A DNA stretch of 64,000 nucleotides from Dimorphilus gyrociliatus (taxonomy: Eukaryota; Animalia; Annelida). The DNA is taken from the NCBI GenBank assembly GCA_904063045.1, contig CAJFCJ010000005.1, forward strand, positions 3,873,689 through 3,937,688, given 5' to 3'. The position numbers and the translations under genes were made by a program. The notes beneath the pieces are model-generated. The model saw only the letters and a list, made by a program, of their open reading frames with translations. It was not told where the DNA came from and did no database searches. Below, one piece after another: positions 26,599 through 39,536 of this stretch. Numbering within the stretch: position 1 is the stretch's first letter; every line of letters begins with the position of its first letter.

Positions 26599-28365
26599 CT
26601 ATCTGGCAATAATTGATTCAACACTAAATTTTAGAGGCACTTTTTTAGTTGTTGGTTCGTCCGTAACGACTTTTGGCTTTTTTTCGTCGTCAGAACCAAA
26701 TGCAGGATGAGTGGAGGTTGATGTGAGAGAAGCTCTTGATTGGACACCGCTCATACCAGCTACTATATGTTCAATAGCCTTTTCAAGATTCCCACTACAA
26801 CTATGTAGAATTAACTCCAGAAATTGTGGATTATGAGTAGGGAAGAGCTTTCGGAGGAAACCCCCTTGTTCTGAGGAACTCTTAACCGGTATCGGAAGTG
26901 GCAATTTGAAAATTGGTTGAACGGCAGCTTGCTGCCTTTGAAGTGTTAATGCATCCAATTCTTTATCGGCGAAGGCTTTGCGCTTGCGCATTCTTTCGTT
27001 TATAACTGGATGCTGTGGAGTTCTTGGTTCAGTCTGACCTACATTGCGGAAGCGCATATTATAAGCTGCAAAAAAAGGGAAATATTATTAAATAGGAAGT
27101 CGAACGTGTGGTCTAAATGCTCCTCTGAACTAGGGAGCGAAGGAAAACAAACAAAAATCTCGTTCGTATGAAAACGTAGCTGATTCGTGCCATATTTTCT
27201 AGATGAAATTATATCCGCCAAAGTCTGGGTTAAATCAGCTAGATAACGCTCAATATGAACCGTGTACAAACACGGGTGAAAGCGACTCGGACCGATAAAG
27301 CCGCCGATAAGGAGATAGAAGCGAATAGATGCGCGAGATGAACTATAAAGTACGTTAGCTTATCTTCGCCTTTTGTTTGTTGACGGTAGGTCACGGTTCT
27401 CAAGGTTATTTGTTCAGTTAGAATATTAGATGGAAAAGTAAGGATCGAATTTACAATATTTACAAATACCTACATTGCAGTATTTCTCTGGACAACGTAT
27501 GCTGTTGCAGATTTCTCAGATTGCGTTGCAGAGTTTTTCGATATTGTAAAAGGTTCGCAGCGTTCCGTACCTTCTGTTGACCGGAAGCAGTATTATTCTC
27601 CGAAACCTGATGTTGATGCCTGGAAAGAAAAGGAAAAGAAAACGTTTATAGCTTGATAAGATTATGATAAAAATTGGTCCTAGGTGACCACCTCCCTATT
27701 CCCAAACTTTTTTCAAAAAGAAAATACATCGGGCCACCAGAATTCTTGCCCATGGGCACCCGACCTTTCACCTATTCACGTTGGCTATACGTGTAGACAC
27801 TCGTCTTCGGGGTGTCCGGCACACCGTGGTACCGTATGGTCAGAAATATGTTTGACCCATATTTGTTCCAACTTCGGACATCCCGCTGAATTTTGGAACA
27901 AATGTTTGTGAAAATAATATGCAATGTATACTCAAATCTGTATACAGTTTTGCAGTACAGCAACTAGGTCATGAGTAGTACCCCCATCGAAAATAATGGA
28001 ATACTTTAACAACTAGATAATTCGTTACAAGACATTCAAGCCGAAAACAAATTGGATAAACTTGTTCGTACATAAAAATGCATGTCATACCTTCTTAAAG
28101 CCACTTGAGCCGCCATTACTCTCTGTCTTTCGACCACTAATAGGCAATTAGCGCAAACACAGTCTTTCCACCTGCAATATTTTTTGTGGCCCTTTAAGCA
28201 GCTCACGACACCGTGATTTCTACATCTAGCACATTTTGGAGTCCTTAATATCCTCCTCTTTTTCTGTTCCTTTCCACCATCAGTTAATGAAAATGTATGT
28301 TCTTCAAAATCAGCTTCAATGTCGATTTCAGAATCCGAATCGGAGTTGGATTGTTGATCGGTCAT
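26599..28365 (-). CDS. DMRT2: Doublesex/mab-3 related transcription factor, DMRT2/Dmrt11E-type DM domain plus DMA-like domain
   Basis: Exons 28365-28091, 27619-27474 and 27065-26599 are phase-consistent. The DM domain [52 protein letters not shown] carries the DMRT2 signature ([18 protein letters not shown]). There is a DMA-like [32 protein letters not shown] segment and a C-terminal FSVESII motif. Confidence 0.88.
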
Positions 28366-31300
28366 TTTTCGAATAGGTCTCACGAACGAATGCAAATACA
28401 CAAGAGACAAAGCTAGTTTGGTTCATTTCTGATTGGTGAGTTTTTATCCTTAGCCACGCCTACTTTTGGTGCAAACAGCTGGATAGTGTTGAAGGATGGA
28501 TTAAATTACGACTCGCTGTGGTAGGTTGTGTGCTGTATGTTTGCTGTTTCATAAAACGCTCGAATATAGCTATATATCTTTTTACAAGTCACGTAATAAC
28601 GTGTTCTCAAATTGGTTATTGAAGTCGCCCAAAAAAAAATTTTTTTTTTTTTCAATCATCATTATCTCTTTCTAAAATACATAATTAGGCCAAATGAAAA
28701 CTATGTAACAACTTCCTAGATGATTGTTATTTTGATACTAAAACTTATTCTCCCATCTTTTTCTCAGACAAACCTTCGAAGAGAAAAGAAGCGTCCTTCA
28801 AAGATAAAAGTTTCGATTAAGTTAGCGCATTCCAACAAAATTCATTATTCATTCGAAACAATCCGTAAGATAGCTCTAGCAGACCGGACCAATTAGATAA
28901 AGGATAAGAAATAGATTTTGATTAATTATAGACTTTTTTCGTTTTGTTATTGAAAATAAGCTTAGAATAGAAGATTTTTTTTTTGGAAAGTGTTCTCTAT
29001 TGGTTTTTGCAGTTAAGTAAAAAAATAAAATAAAAGAAAAGCAAGACGATACGAAAATTGTTTGTCTAAGAAAGTAGTAAATTTATGTTCAAATTTCTAT
29101 TGTTTGCCATTCTAAATACGCATCATTATACGGTGTTTAATAGGTTTTATTGGATTCTTTACTCGATAATGTCTATTTAAATTACAAGGCAACAGGAGAT
29201 ATACTTTACACTCTATTTATACACAAAAGTAGACTTCTACAAGTTGAATTTTGGTATTGTTACAATCTTTTCTTTTTCTTTCTTATCGATATATTTACTT
29301 AAAGAGAATAGCTTAATATATACATATATATCTTTTATATGTTTCAATATATTTACTAACAATGATAAACAAGCTTTCTTTACGATATTTGACAATAAAC
29401 TGTTAAGAAGAAGATACTATTACCCTTTAATGCGATGTACGTTGAACTTTTATAGGATAAATGCGCAATAAAATTTAAAAAAAAAGAAAACTAAAAAAAA
29501 GGAAGAGAGGAGAAAAAGATGGAGAAAGTTTGAGAAAAGAAAACTTTGCTGACCATGTAAAAAAAAACCAGAAAAGAAGGATTTAGAAGATAGAATAGAA
29601 TAAAAACACAACAGAAATTAATAATAAAAATAACAATAAAAATAAGAATAACAATAATAGTAAAAACAATATAAATAACATATCCTGGGGAGGAGGGAAA
29701 GGATGACGCGGACGATGATAAGGGGGAATAGGAGGGCAATGAGGACATTGCGCCAACGATGTAAAAACGACGCAAAAGTATGAAGTACATCTATATTTTT
29801 TGATTAGGGGAAAATGGAACAAAAAAGGCAAACAGATAGAAAGAAAGATAGAATTAGGATGATATAGTAAATTCGCATTAGACGGATAATATGCGCGTAC
29901 GTTTGCCAGGTTTTGCAAGGCGCCCTCATTTGTCAAAATTTAGCTCGCCCTGACGTTTGTCGGGTGACTTTCGACACTATTACAGATATTATCTGACAGA
30001 TGGAAAAATATGTTATTAAAGGCGCCATTTCCAATAAACTTTAAAGTAGATTTATATCTTATCAGTCTCACGATTTTTATTTCACTTTCACTCTTTAATA
30101 AATAATCTAATAGAATTTACATAAACAGTTGAACTTTACCAGTAAAAAGACATATTGCGTAATTGAATGCAAAGAGTTTTAACTTACTGTAAGATAATAG
30201 CTAACTGTCGTCGTAGTGAATTTATTCGAATAAATAAAAATCTGGGTAAAATGGGTTATAAATTAATTTCTAGACCCTTAAAATGTTGTGATTTAATACG
30301 TTCATAAATAGAAAGTAAAGTGGCAAATAACATACGGAACCCAAATTTGTTGGGGAATCCCGAAGCGTCCGCTAAAAAGCCACTAAATCTACAAAAACCC
30401 CCAATGGTGATTATTAATGAAGCGCACCTGCTTAATTATGTTTTGCTTTCTGGATAATTACTATTTCATTAGTGTCAACAATTCCTTCTGGGCATATTAC
30501 TATCATATATATATATATATATATTGCCCGATTTAACACTCTTCTTTATCTCTTCTCTTTTTCTGAATTATCTAATAATCTGTTCAGATCTTGCCGCCAC
30601 CTTTCTAAGATTGCCAACAAATCGACTGAGAACAACCTCAAGAGACAGGGAGCATAGAGCACGATTACGCGAGTGTAGATAAGACTAGATAAGACGAGTT
30701 TGGTCGAGTGATAGGCGATACGTGTAGAGCCCGGCGCGCTATTCGATTGATGTGTTACTTAAATCATTCGATCTCGGTATGCGATGTATGTTTTCTCACA
30801 TGTAGGTCAGTTTTCGAGCCTTTTTTCTTTCGTTGTTCTTTCCTGTTTGTAGTTTGGCGGGAGAAAGTTTTTACTGAAAATTAATACTTTTACAACCTCT
30901 TATCGAACAGATGTCCTCGCACGCTTATATCGACTATTAGTCGACAATGCTGCCATCTATCTACCATTTCCAACTAATTCAGTTTTCCATGCTTCCGCAA
31001 TCATCCATTCTGGCTAGATTACAGGCCTAAGAAGGGTAATCGGTGGATAAGGGCGAAAGTGAAGACCATGTATAATTCTGAGATTTGCTTATCACCCTCT
31101 TTAGGCTGAGTCCCAGGTGTTCCCGAAACTAAACTTATCAAAAAATAGGAAAGGCTTCCTTTCCAAGATACGCTCATTTAATTTTCTAGTAGCTTGTCCT
31201 CTATCACGTATACATTAGAAGGAGATCACAAATACATAAGATCGAGTCCAAATTAGCTCTATACTTCTTTTTGTAAATCATAAATTGCTGCTAAATCTGG

Positions 31301-31804
31301 CACGTTTTACCATCCACTAAGATGCAGGGAATATGCCTTGATTAGCCTATAAATAATTGATAGAGATAAGTAGGTAACGCTGTTTTCTGCATCTCTTCGT
31401 ACCTTTTACTCCTTGGCACAAGTAAAAACGAACTTTTAAAGTAATTCAACGAGGCGTCTAATGGGTTGCCCGAGAGACGTCTACGTTGGTTATTATAAGC
31501 AGATCTAGAGACGCTTGAGGTGCGACCTATCTATTGTAATCTTAAACCTATAATAGTGAGAAATTATATATCAGTAAATATAATGTTCATTATAATAAAT
31601 GAGACACGTAAATAGTGGAATGGGCAGTTGGAATGGGTGGCAGGAGGATAGAGTAGCATTATTAATTTGGTCTTTGTACATACAGAGAGGAAAGAATGAG
31701 GAAACGAGTGCAGGGGGGAGAAAGAGCAGTAAAGGGGGGTTGTAAGGGGTAGACGGAAAAAGCGGGCTAGGAAAGGAGACGACTTACAAACGTTCCCGTT
31801 GGCA

Positions 31805-31833
31805 ATCACGTGATAGATATTGGTCACGTGACC
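31805..31833. promoter_or_regulatory. Tandem palindromic E-boxes (ATCACGTGAT and GGTCACGTGACC)
   Basis: 10-bp and 12-bp perfect palindromes, both with a TCACGTGA core (USF/MITF-TFE type), about 340 nt upstream of the iGluR-like ATG. Confidence 0.45.
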
Positions 31834-32073
31834 GCGATCGTTTCGTTTCCAGCTCATTTCGAACGACGAACCCGTGAAAAAGTCTCTTTTGTATGTGGAA
31901 TTTGGACCGGCGCCTGTTTATTTATAGATAAGTTTATCCAATGTAATTTATTTCGACATTTTCGAAGGTGAGATTTTCTATTTGTTCTTTCTTATTAAGT
32001 GCAAAAGAATATTCAATTAAGGAAACAAATAAACTTCGATTTAGATTAACCCAGACGGAACTTAAGAAATTGA

Positions 32074-32081
32074 TGACGTCA
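32074..32081. promoter_or_regulatory. Full CRE palindrome TGACGTCA upstream of the iGluR-like gene
   Basis: Consensus CRE about 90 nt before the ATG at 32173. Confidence 0.35.
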
Positions 32082-32172
32082 CAACTGTGTGCAGCTCTTA
32101 AGCTCATTGGATGTTCACATATAAGGGAGAGATGTCTGCTTGTTCATTTAGAGATGGAACGTGACTGAAGAC

Positions 32173-35100
32173 ATGCAATTCCATCGAATTCTTCCCAAAT
32201 TGCTTCTCCTGTTAGCCTTTCGAGCGTCTAATGCCGCTAAATGCTCTCTTACAGTCGGTAGGTTACTTTTTATCCTTCGAAGGATTTTCGTTCTCTTTTA
32301 TAAAAATCCTGTACTCTATGGGAGGAATAAGATTAGTCTTGAAGATTAGTAAGTTTCGGATAGAAGCACTATGTAAAAAGAGGAAAATCGCTATAAGGCG
32401 AGACTGTTTATCACCAAAGCAAACAAGGGATTTTCGCTTTCGATGAAAGTTTTTTCAAGACTTTTAAATTAAGCCTAATCGATTTGTAGACGACAACATC
32501 GGTTAAAATGTCTAAATTACAATAAAACGTACAGCATAGACAAACTAAGTGGCAGTTGACTGAAAAAGAGATACATTTTCAGCCTAATTTGTATATTTCC
32601 GACCTCACTAGTATAAGGACAATAGGGTAAAATGTCCTCTCCAACTTTCCGCTCTATAGATTACAAATCCTTTACAGACAACCAACTGTATATTTTGCAA
32701 TATAAGCTGAATATGTTTGTTGTCAAGCGGAATAGAGAGGGTAGACGTCAGTTTGGCTTTTCTCGCGGCTTCATTGTGAGATCTCGGCATGTGCACGTAT
32801 TATGGAAAAAAATAAAAAAAAAGTAAAAAAAAGGGAACACTAACAGTTCTATTTAACATATGAATATCTATATTTATATGAATATAAATACATATATTCA
32901 TATATATTTACACTTATATATGTACGTTACCATACAATAATGTTTATACATGGTATGTAATGTGCATAGTGCACCAGATACGATTCTATTCACTATGTAT
33001 TTAGTATATACACTCTCCAAGACGTATATATGTGTGCATAATTCTATATATTTCGTTTATATTGTACTACAAACAAAGTCTTTCTTTGCGGTTTTTTTTC
33101 TCTGAGCTCTTTGACAGACTATCTCAGATATAAATCATCAGCGACTGCAAGTTGATTAAATGAGAGTCGACTTTTTCTTCACTTCTGTTTCCGCAATAGA
33201 AGAGTTGGCACTTTGACGCCAACGTCTATTTTCGTTCAATATATACTCATCGCTGTTTGCAAACATACTACACGGTCGACGGAATTACGTTTGTCACCAT
33301 CGCGTATATGAGGCGTTATTTTCGTCTTTATTATACAGCTGCAACAATAAATAAATCCCCACAATATACAGTTTTAATTAACAGTTTTTCGTTAAATTTT
33401 TCAGGGGTTCTCAACTCTCCTCTCGGGGAGGGACTATCTTGGGAAAAACTTGCTCAGACGGCTTACAAGGCTCTAAGAAATACGGGTCGTTATGACGTTA
33501 ATTTCAAATTTCAAAACGTTACTTATTGGAGAGAGACGAGCTTCGAAAATTTGAATAGAGGTATTACTTGACGATAATAATGATAATATACAAAAAGTCG
33601 ATATATACAATATACAAGTCTAAATATTCTTAAGAAGCCTACTTTTTCTGTTGTCCTTTCCTTTCTTCCTTGTTCAAACTTCATTTAGCTGTGAAAATAA
33701 AGCATATCAGTGGATCGGGTGTTTGTCTCATTAATTAAAATAGAGAGACGCTCGAGTGGTGATGCTTAAATCGTGAAGATAAACGATACGGTTTAAAAAA
33801 ATAGGAATAGAGATCTTTTTAAAAAGAAACGAGCGTTACTATTCTTTTTAACGGAAGTCTTTTGTATTCGCACGTCTATTTGTACGCTTAACTGGCGAAT
33901 ATGTTTGTAAACGGAGAAGATTGATGTTTTATTGATATCTGATACGTAAGAAAAGTGGAAATTCGATTCAAGATGCTCTTTATGCGTTAGAACGCAAATA
34001 TAGAATTTAGAATTCGAGAGACGCCAAATTTGACGCCGAAAAATATGACAATCTTCCCTTACAAAATTATTTATTCATTTGTTGTATAATAATGAAATTT
34101 ATTAATTTAATGATTTCAGCTCACGCTGAGATAGGATCTGGTGGGTATGACGCCCTAATCGGACCGTATAGCTATGTAAATGCAATAGCAGCAGCTACTA
34201 AAGATTTTAGTGTACCTTTTTTTACGACGCCTGTAGCCAGTTCACTAATGCAAGTTAGTTATTACTTTCTTAAAAAAGGGAAGTGTGTAATGAATTTTCA
34301 CCTCGGCTTGATAACAATTATATTTGTGCAGTGGAAGGAGAACTCCTTGTCAATCCTACCCGATCAGTCGGATCAGGCGGAAGTCACGCTACAATTAGTT
34401 CGCCAATACAAATGGACCGAATTAGCTGTACTTTACGAACGCGATTTGGGTAAGGGACCTTCTGCATGCAAAAATCTTTCCCCTTCCCCTCTCTCATAAT
34501 CCATTTTTCCCCTATATTTACTATGCCTTATTCGTTCTAACTGCCAGCTACAAGTTTAAACAAGAATAGGTCTATCTCTCTGCTATATAATATAAACTGT
34601 AGATAGTACATGTACAAATATATATATAAATGACATATACGGTATTTATATAGATATGGATTGTATAAATTAGTTTCTATTATTCATTTTATACTCTGTC
34701 ACTATATGTCTACTTGTTTCGCATCTCTTCTCATCCCCCATTCCCCCCTTCACACGCTTCCTTCTCTCTTTACTATTGATTGTCCTTACCCTAATCAATT
34801 TCTGTTCTCGGCCTCACAGGAACAGATTTTATCGAAGTATTCGTGCAAGAAGCGGATTTGCACGTGCGTTCTTGGAGGGTAGAAGAGTCGTTTACCAAAC
34901 TTCTAATAAAAAAGAAATTGCTGGCTATAAGGAACATGTCTGTTACGAAAATCATAGTTCTCGCATCGGCGAATTGCACAAATCGAATCCTAGAGGAGGT
35001 AATTTTTTTATGGTCATAAATATTAATTAGTTCTTATTACTTTGACCATGATGTTGATTGATTTAAAAACAGGTAAAAAAACAAAAACAAAATGCTATAT

Positions 35101-38100
35101 ATACTGTATATACATACTGTATATACGGTATACTGTATATATATATATACTATAAAGATAGAAAATATAGAAATGGATAGGTTTTATTCCTACTTTATCT
35201 TATTATCTTCCAATAAGGTTTTAGTCAGATTTTTCTATTAATGTCTTTATACGAATTTTTCTCGTCGACAGGCTTTGCATTTGAGTATGCTGTCACACAA
35301 ATATTCGTGGATTCTACCGATTTTTGTAAGTATTGAGAGACATATGCTAAATATAGTATCGTTAGCGTATGTAATTATAGCAATTTCTACTCCCCTGATA
35401 CTCATTCCAGAACGTTCTCCTTCTCGCATCTTTGATCATCCGTGTTCCGCTCTAATTTATTCTTTATTATAAGTAATTACATACCTTTTATATTTAACCT
35501 TAGAAATTATCGAAGTATTAACAATAAATCTCGTTTAAGGGTTATATTTACGGAAATTACCAAACATATTTCAACAGACCGATTTCCCCCAAGGGTAAAC
35601 GATTGGAGCGATTAATTTAAAATTATCCCTATTCACCCTTTTAACTAATTCATTGTGCTTTCTTTTTTATATTATTACTAATTAATAATTAACTTTTAAA
35701 GTATATCTAATTAAGAAAATTAATTTTTTTCCTCCTCATCAGGATCATTCTAAGCTTAAACTGGCGAAAATTGTTGATACACAAGTCAACCTAACAACTT
35801 TTCAGCTAATAAGCCGAACCGACACGGCAAACTACGATCCGTTGCAGTTCGCGACGGTCTACGACAGTTTGCAATTACTTTCAGACGTTTCGCTCAAGGT
35901 TCTCAGCGGTGAAAGAGTTTGTAAATGGAAAATGCAGTTTCTTGACAGTTTGTTTTTATTTTGATTTTAACCTGATCGTCTTACTCGTATGTCTTGTCTT
36001 TTAATCCGATTATTGGAATTTTATGTTCCGCTCTATAAAATACTAACAGAAGCAAATTTACTCCATCCTCCCACCCTCTACGCCCCTTTTTTAATTTTTT
36101 TTTATCTTTTATTGATTTTTTTCTATAGCTATCGTTCGACCCTGTGAGGCATACCCCCCTCCCTCCTGTTTACTCTCTCCCGCTCATGTGTGTCAAACTC
36201 CTCACCGCTCGCCCCCATGCTCCCTCCCCCTGCCGTCAATCTGCACGCCTCCTTTCTCTATTTAGTGTTACAAACCTTTTTGTCTACTTCATTTATTTGT
36301 AGTTGTTTAAACAAGATAGTCTATTTGATAGAAATCAAGCCGACAGATGGTGCTACCGGTCCCATGTCTTTCGACTCGCAGGGAAGGAGGAGAGTGTATA
36401 ATTTGGACGTTCTAGCTTTAGATGATAGATCGAGAACAACGTCTAAATTAACAAAGATAGGAGTTTGGAAGAGAAATCGACGAGAAAAGACTCTAAAGTT
36501 AAGGAAGCTTAATAGGGGATCAGACAATGTCAAGCATAAATTAGGTCAAAGGACAATAAGCGTCGCTGTTTTTCCGGTAAATAGAGAGAGCAAACATTAC
36601 TGAAATATTATTGATCTTTCGTTTTTTTTTTTTAAAATACCAATTTAATTTCCTGAAAGGAACCACCTTTCATCGAAGAAGTAACAAATGGGGGTAAAAC
36701 ACGGTTCCAAGGTTACCTAATTGACCTGATGGATGAACTAGGAAAAGAGTTAGGCTTTGATTACATTCCAAGAAGGGTCCAACCCCTGGGATCTAGTAGT
36801 GTTGAAGATAGATTAACGGAGGAGATAGCGAACGGGGTACTGTATTCTCAGGTTGAGATATAAGCTAAGCTAATAGGATTATCTTGTAGAATGCCGTCTT
36901 CGCCCTATATCCTTTCGTGGAGAATACATCTCCGCTTACGGACGAGAGCATTCCTTATATGTTCTTTGGTATATCAGCTTTGTTGAGAAAGAAATTTCCT
37001 AGTCCTGGTATTCTACACCTGATTAAACCTTTAACAGCGGCCGCCTGGTGCCTACTAGTCGCAATTGCGGCCGTATTTAGCATCGGCCTATATTTCGTTG
37101 ATAGGTTTACACCAAAACAAAGTGATGGAGTTAAGAGATTGACTGCCCTGGACGCCATCTGGTTTGTTTTTTCCTGGATGATTATTGTTGGCACTTCGCA
37201 AACCTCAACAAAAAGTATGGGCTCTCGGATCCTCTCAGCTTGTCTATGGATATTTACTTTGTCACTCTTCAGTGCATATGTAGCTTCGTTAGTAACAGCT
37301 ATGATGGCAGATCGGCCCCTCCCACTTCCTTCTTCAATGGCTGAACTTGCAGCCTCAGATTCCTATAAGGTTGGATTTGTTCAAGGGTCAGCCCTATCGT
37401 ATATTTTACAAAGGTCCGAATTGGCTCACATGAAAACATTAGGTAGAAGATTAATTCGCTTTCGCAATAAAAAAGCAGCATTAGACAAAATTGCTACGGA
37501 CGATTTTGCCTTTATCGGAGAATCTCCATCCATACAGCATTTGACACGCTTAGATTGTTCACTTGTAGAGATACGGAGTAATTTTTATGATAAGTCTTAT
37601 GTAATTCCCATGGTAAAAGGTGCACAATTTAAAAATGACGTTGATAAAGTAATTAAGCGTTTATGGAGTGAAGGTAAACTTCAAGAACTGTACGAACGTT
37701 GGTGGTCCCCGTTAATCTGCGGCGGTAAATCCGAAATTAATCATTGGCAACTTGGTGCTAAAGAAATAGCTAGTGGTTTGGGTCTATTAAGTGCTGGTAT
37801 GGTTCTAGCCGCTTCTACGACCTTTGCCAGATTCTACTTGGAAAAGAATAAAAGAAACACCAAGAAAAGCCTCAAAAGAGTATGAGATTTTTAAAAATAC
37901 TTTAATATTCTGTTTCTCTTCTGCATATTTTATTGTTAATCATCTTCTCTTTTCCTTCCTCAGCGCAAACCGGATAAGAGCCCATCCTCTAAGCCTTTAT
38001 GTGCCGCAGATGGAGCTCCAAGCGCCAACAGCTCCAGATTCCAATTATCCGATCAAGATAAATCGCCAACTACAGAATTTCTGTCAACCTCTTCGTCGCC

Positions 38101-38212
38101 TGCAAAACTGCCATCTATCGGAATATCAAGTTTGAAAACGGTATCTAAAACAGTGAATAAGTCTGTTTCAACGCTTCCGAATGCTAACACGAAACATACA
38201 AGTATTTTTTAA
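32173..38212 (+). CDS. Divergent ionotropic glutamate receptor-like subunit with ATD, S1, M1-M3, S2, M4 (about 863 aa, 11 exons)
   Basis: Exons 32173-32257 (signal peptide), 33405-33560, 34120-34253, 34332-34449, 34820-34998, 35272-35325, 35743-35947, 36332-36576, 36660-36836, 36890-37879, 37964-38212 (2592 nt, in frame). Motifs: ATD DGATGPMSFDSQGRR; S1 EPPF..GYLIDL; M1 KPLTAAAW; P-loop AIWFVFSW; M3 SAYVASL; S2 FAFIGES, LYERWW. C-terminus ends -TSIF (class I PDZ-type). Confidence 0.88.
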
Positions 38213-39536
38213 AAAGAATCAAAGAAAAAGAAGAACAAAAAGGGAATAAGACATTAACTAATATTAGAATTTGTCTCTTCTTTTGTTTTTTTTATCATTA
38301 AGTATAATCAGTTTGTTTGTTTTTCTTGTTTTCTAATTACCATATTGGTTTTCATTCTCCAGATGAAACATGCAGACAAATAGGTTATAAAACTTGTTGA
38401 TAGTTAAAGAGCTTTTTGCAGAGAGGTAGTGAAAAACTAAGAGAAAGAATGGAATCAGGGAGGAGAGGGAAGAGAGAGAGAAAGAGAGAGTAGGTAAAAG
38501 TTGATGAGTGGATAGAAAAAGATGAAATTTAAAAAATAAAACATTATTACGTAATAAGGAAATTATATGCTTTGTTAGCTGTTACCAGATTATGCACGTA
38601 AGACTTTTAAAAAAACAACCAAAAACTGTATACCTTTATAACTAACTATATTTACATATGGAACAAGCAATACATAGATATATACTGTATATATTTCAAT
38701 GTATAACAATTATACACCAATATAGAATGTATCTTGCATTCATATATATAAATATACGGTTTTCATTAAATTATTAAATAAAACCACACAAGAAAAGTGA
38801 ACTAAAGTACTTGGTTGTTGAATGGAATTTCTTAAATATCTATTACAAATAAACATGTAGTTTAACAACTTTCCAGTTTTTATTCATTTCAATATTAAAT
38901 AGAAATCATTGCATAAATGCAAAATTTATTGGTTAAACTTGAATTAAATTTCTCGAATAGGTTCTTTTTTTTATTCAAGCACAGAAAATACTATAGACTG
39001 TCAAAGGCTTTTTAAGATTGTAGAAATAACTTAGCAAGGTCGTCTTCATGTACTCCTATTGAAGTTTGAAGGATTTTTTGGGAAATTAGTCATAAAATGT
39101 GAGCACTATTGATTATATTCAATACTATGTGCTTAATAAATATATATATATATATATAAATTTATACAGTATATATACGACACACTGTCTACAATTGAAA
39201 TTATTCACGCTCTGGCCTAACTCTTCAACTGGTTTCTATTATGAATCTTACGGACCTAATGTAATAATTGAGAAATAATCGATGTCGTCTCTTAGCTATT
39301 ATTTACTTAAAAACTGATTATATTATAATCTCCTTTCTTCTATCTATTTACCTTTCATTCTCCTTTGTCCAGTCAAAAATTTGCTTTATATAAAATTCCA
39401 TTACCCGTTTCCTTTTATTTATGAAAGAATTTTGTCATGATTTCATGGGAAAAACACTTAAAAGTGTCAATATAATTATAATCATTTAAATAAAATTCAT
39501 AAATTATACATTTAATTGATCGAGTCTGTAAGTGTA

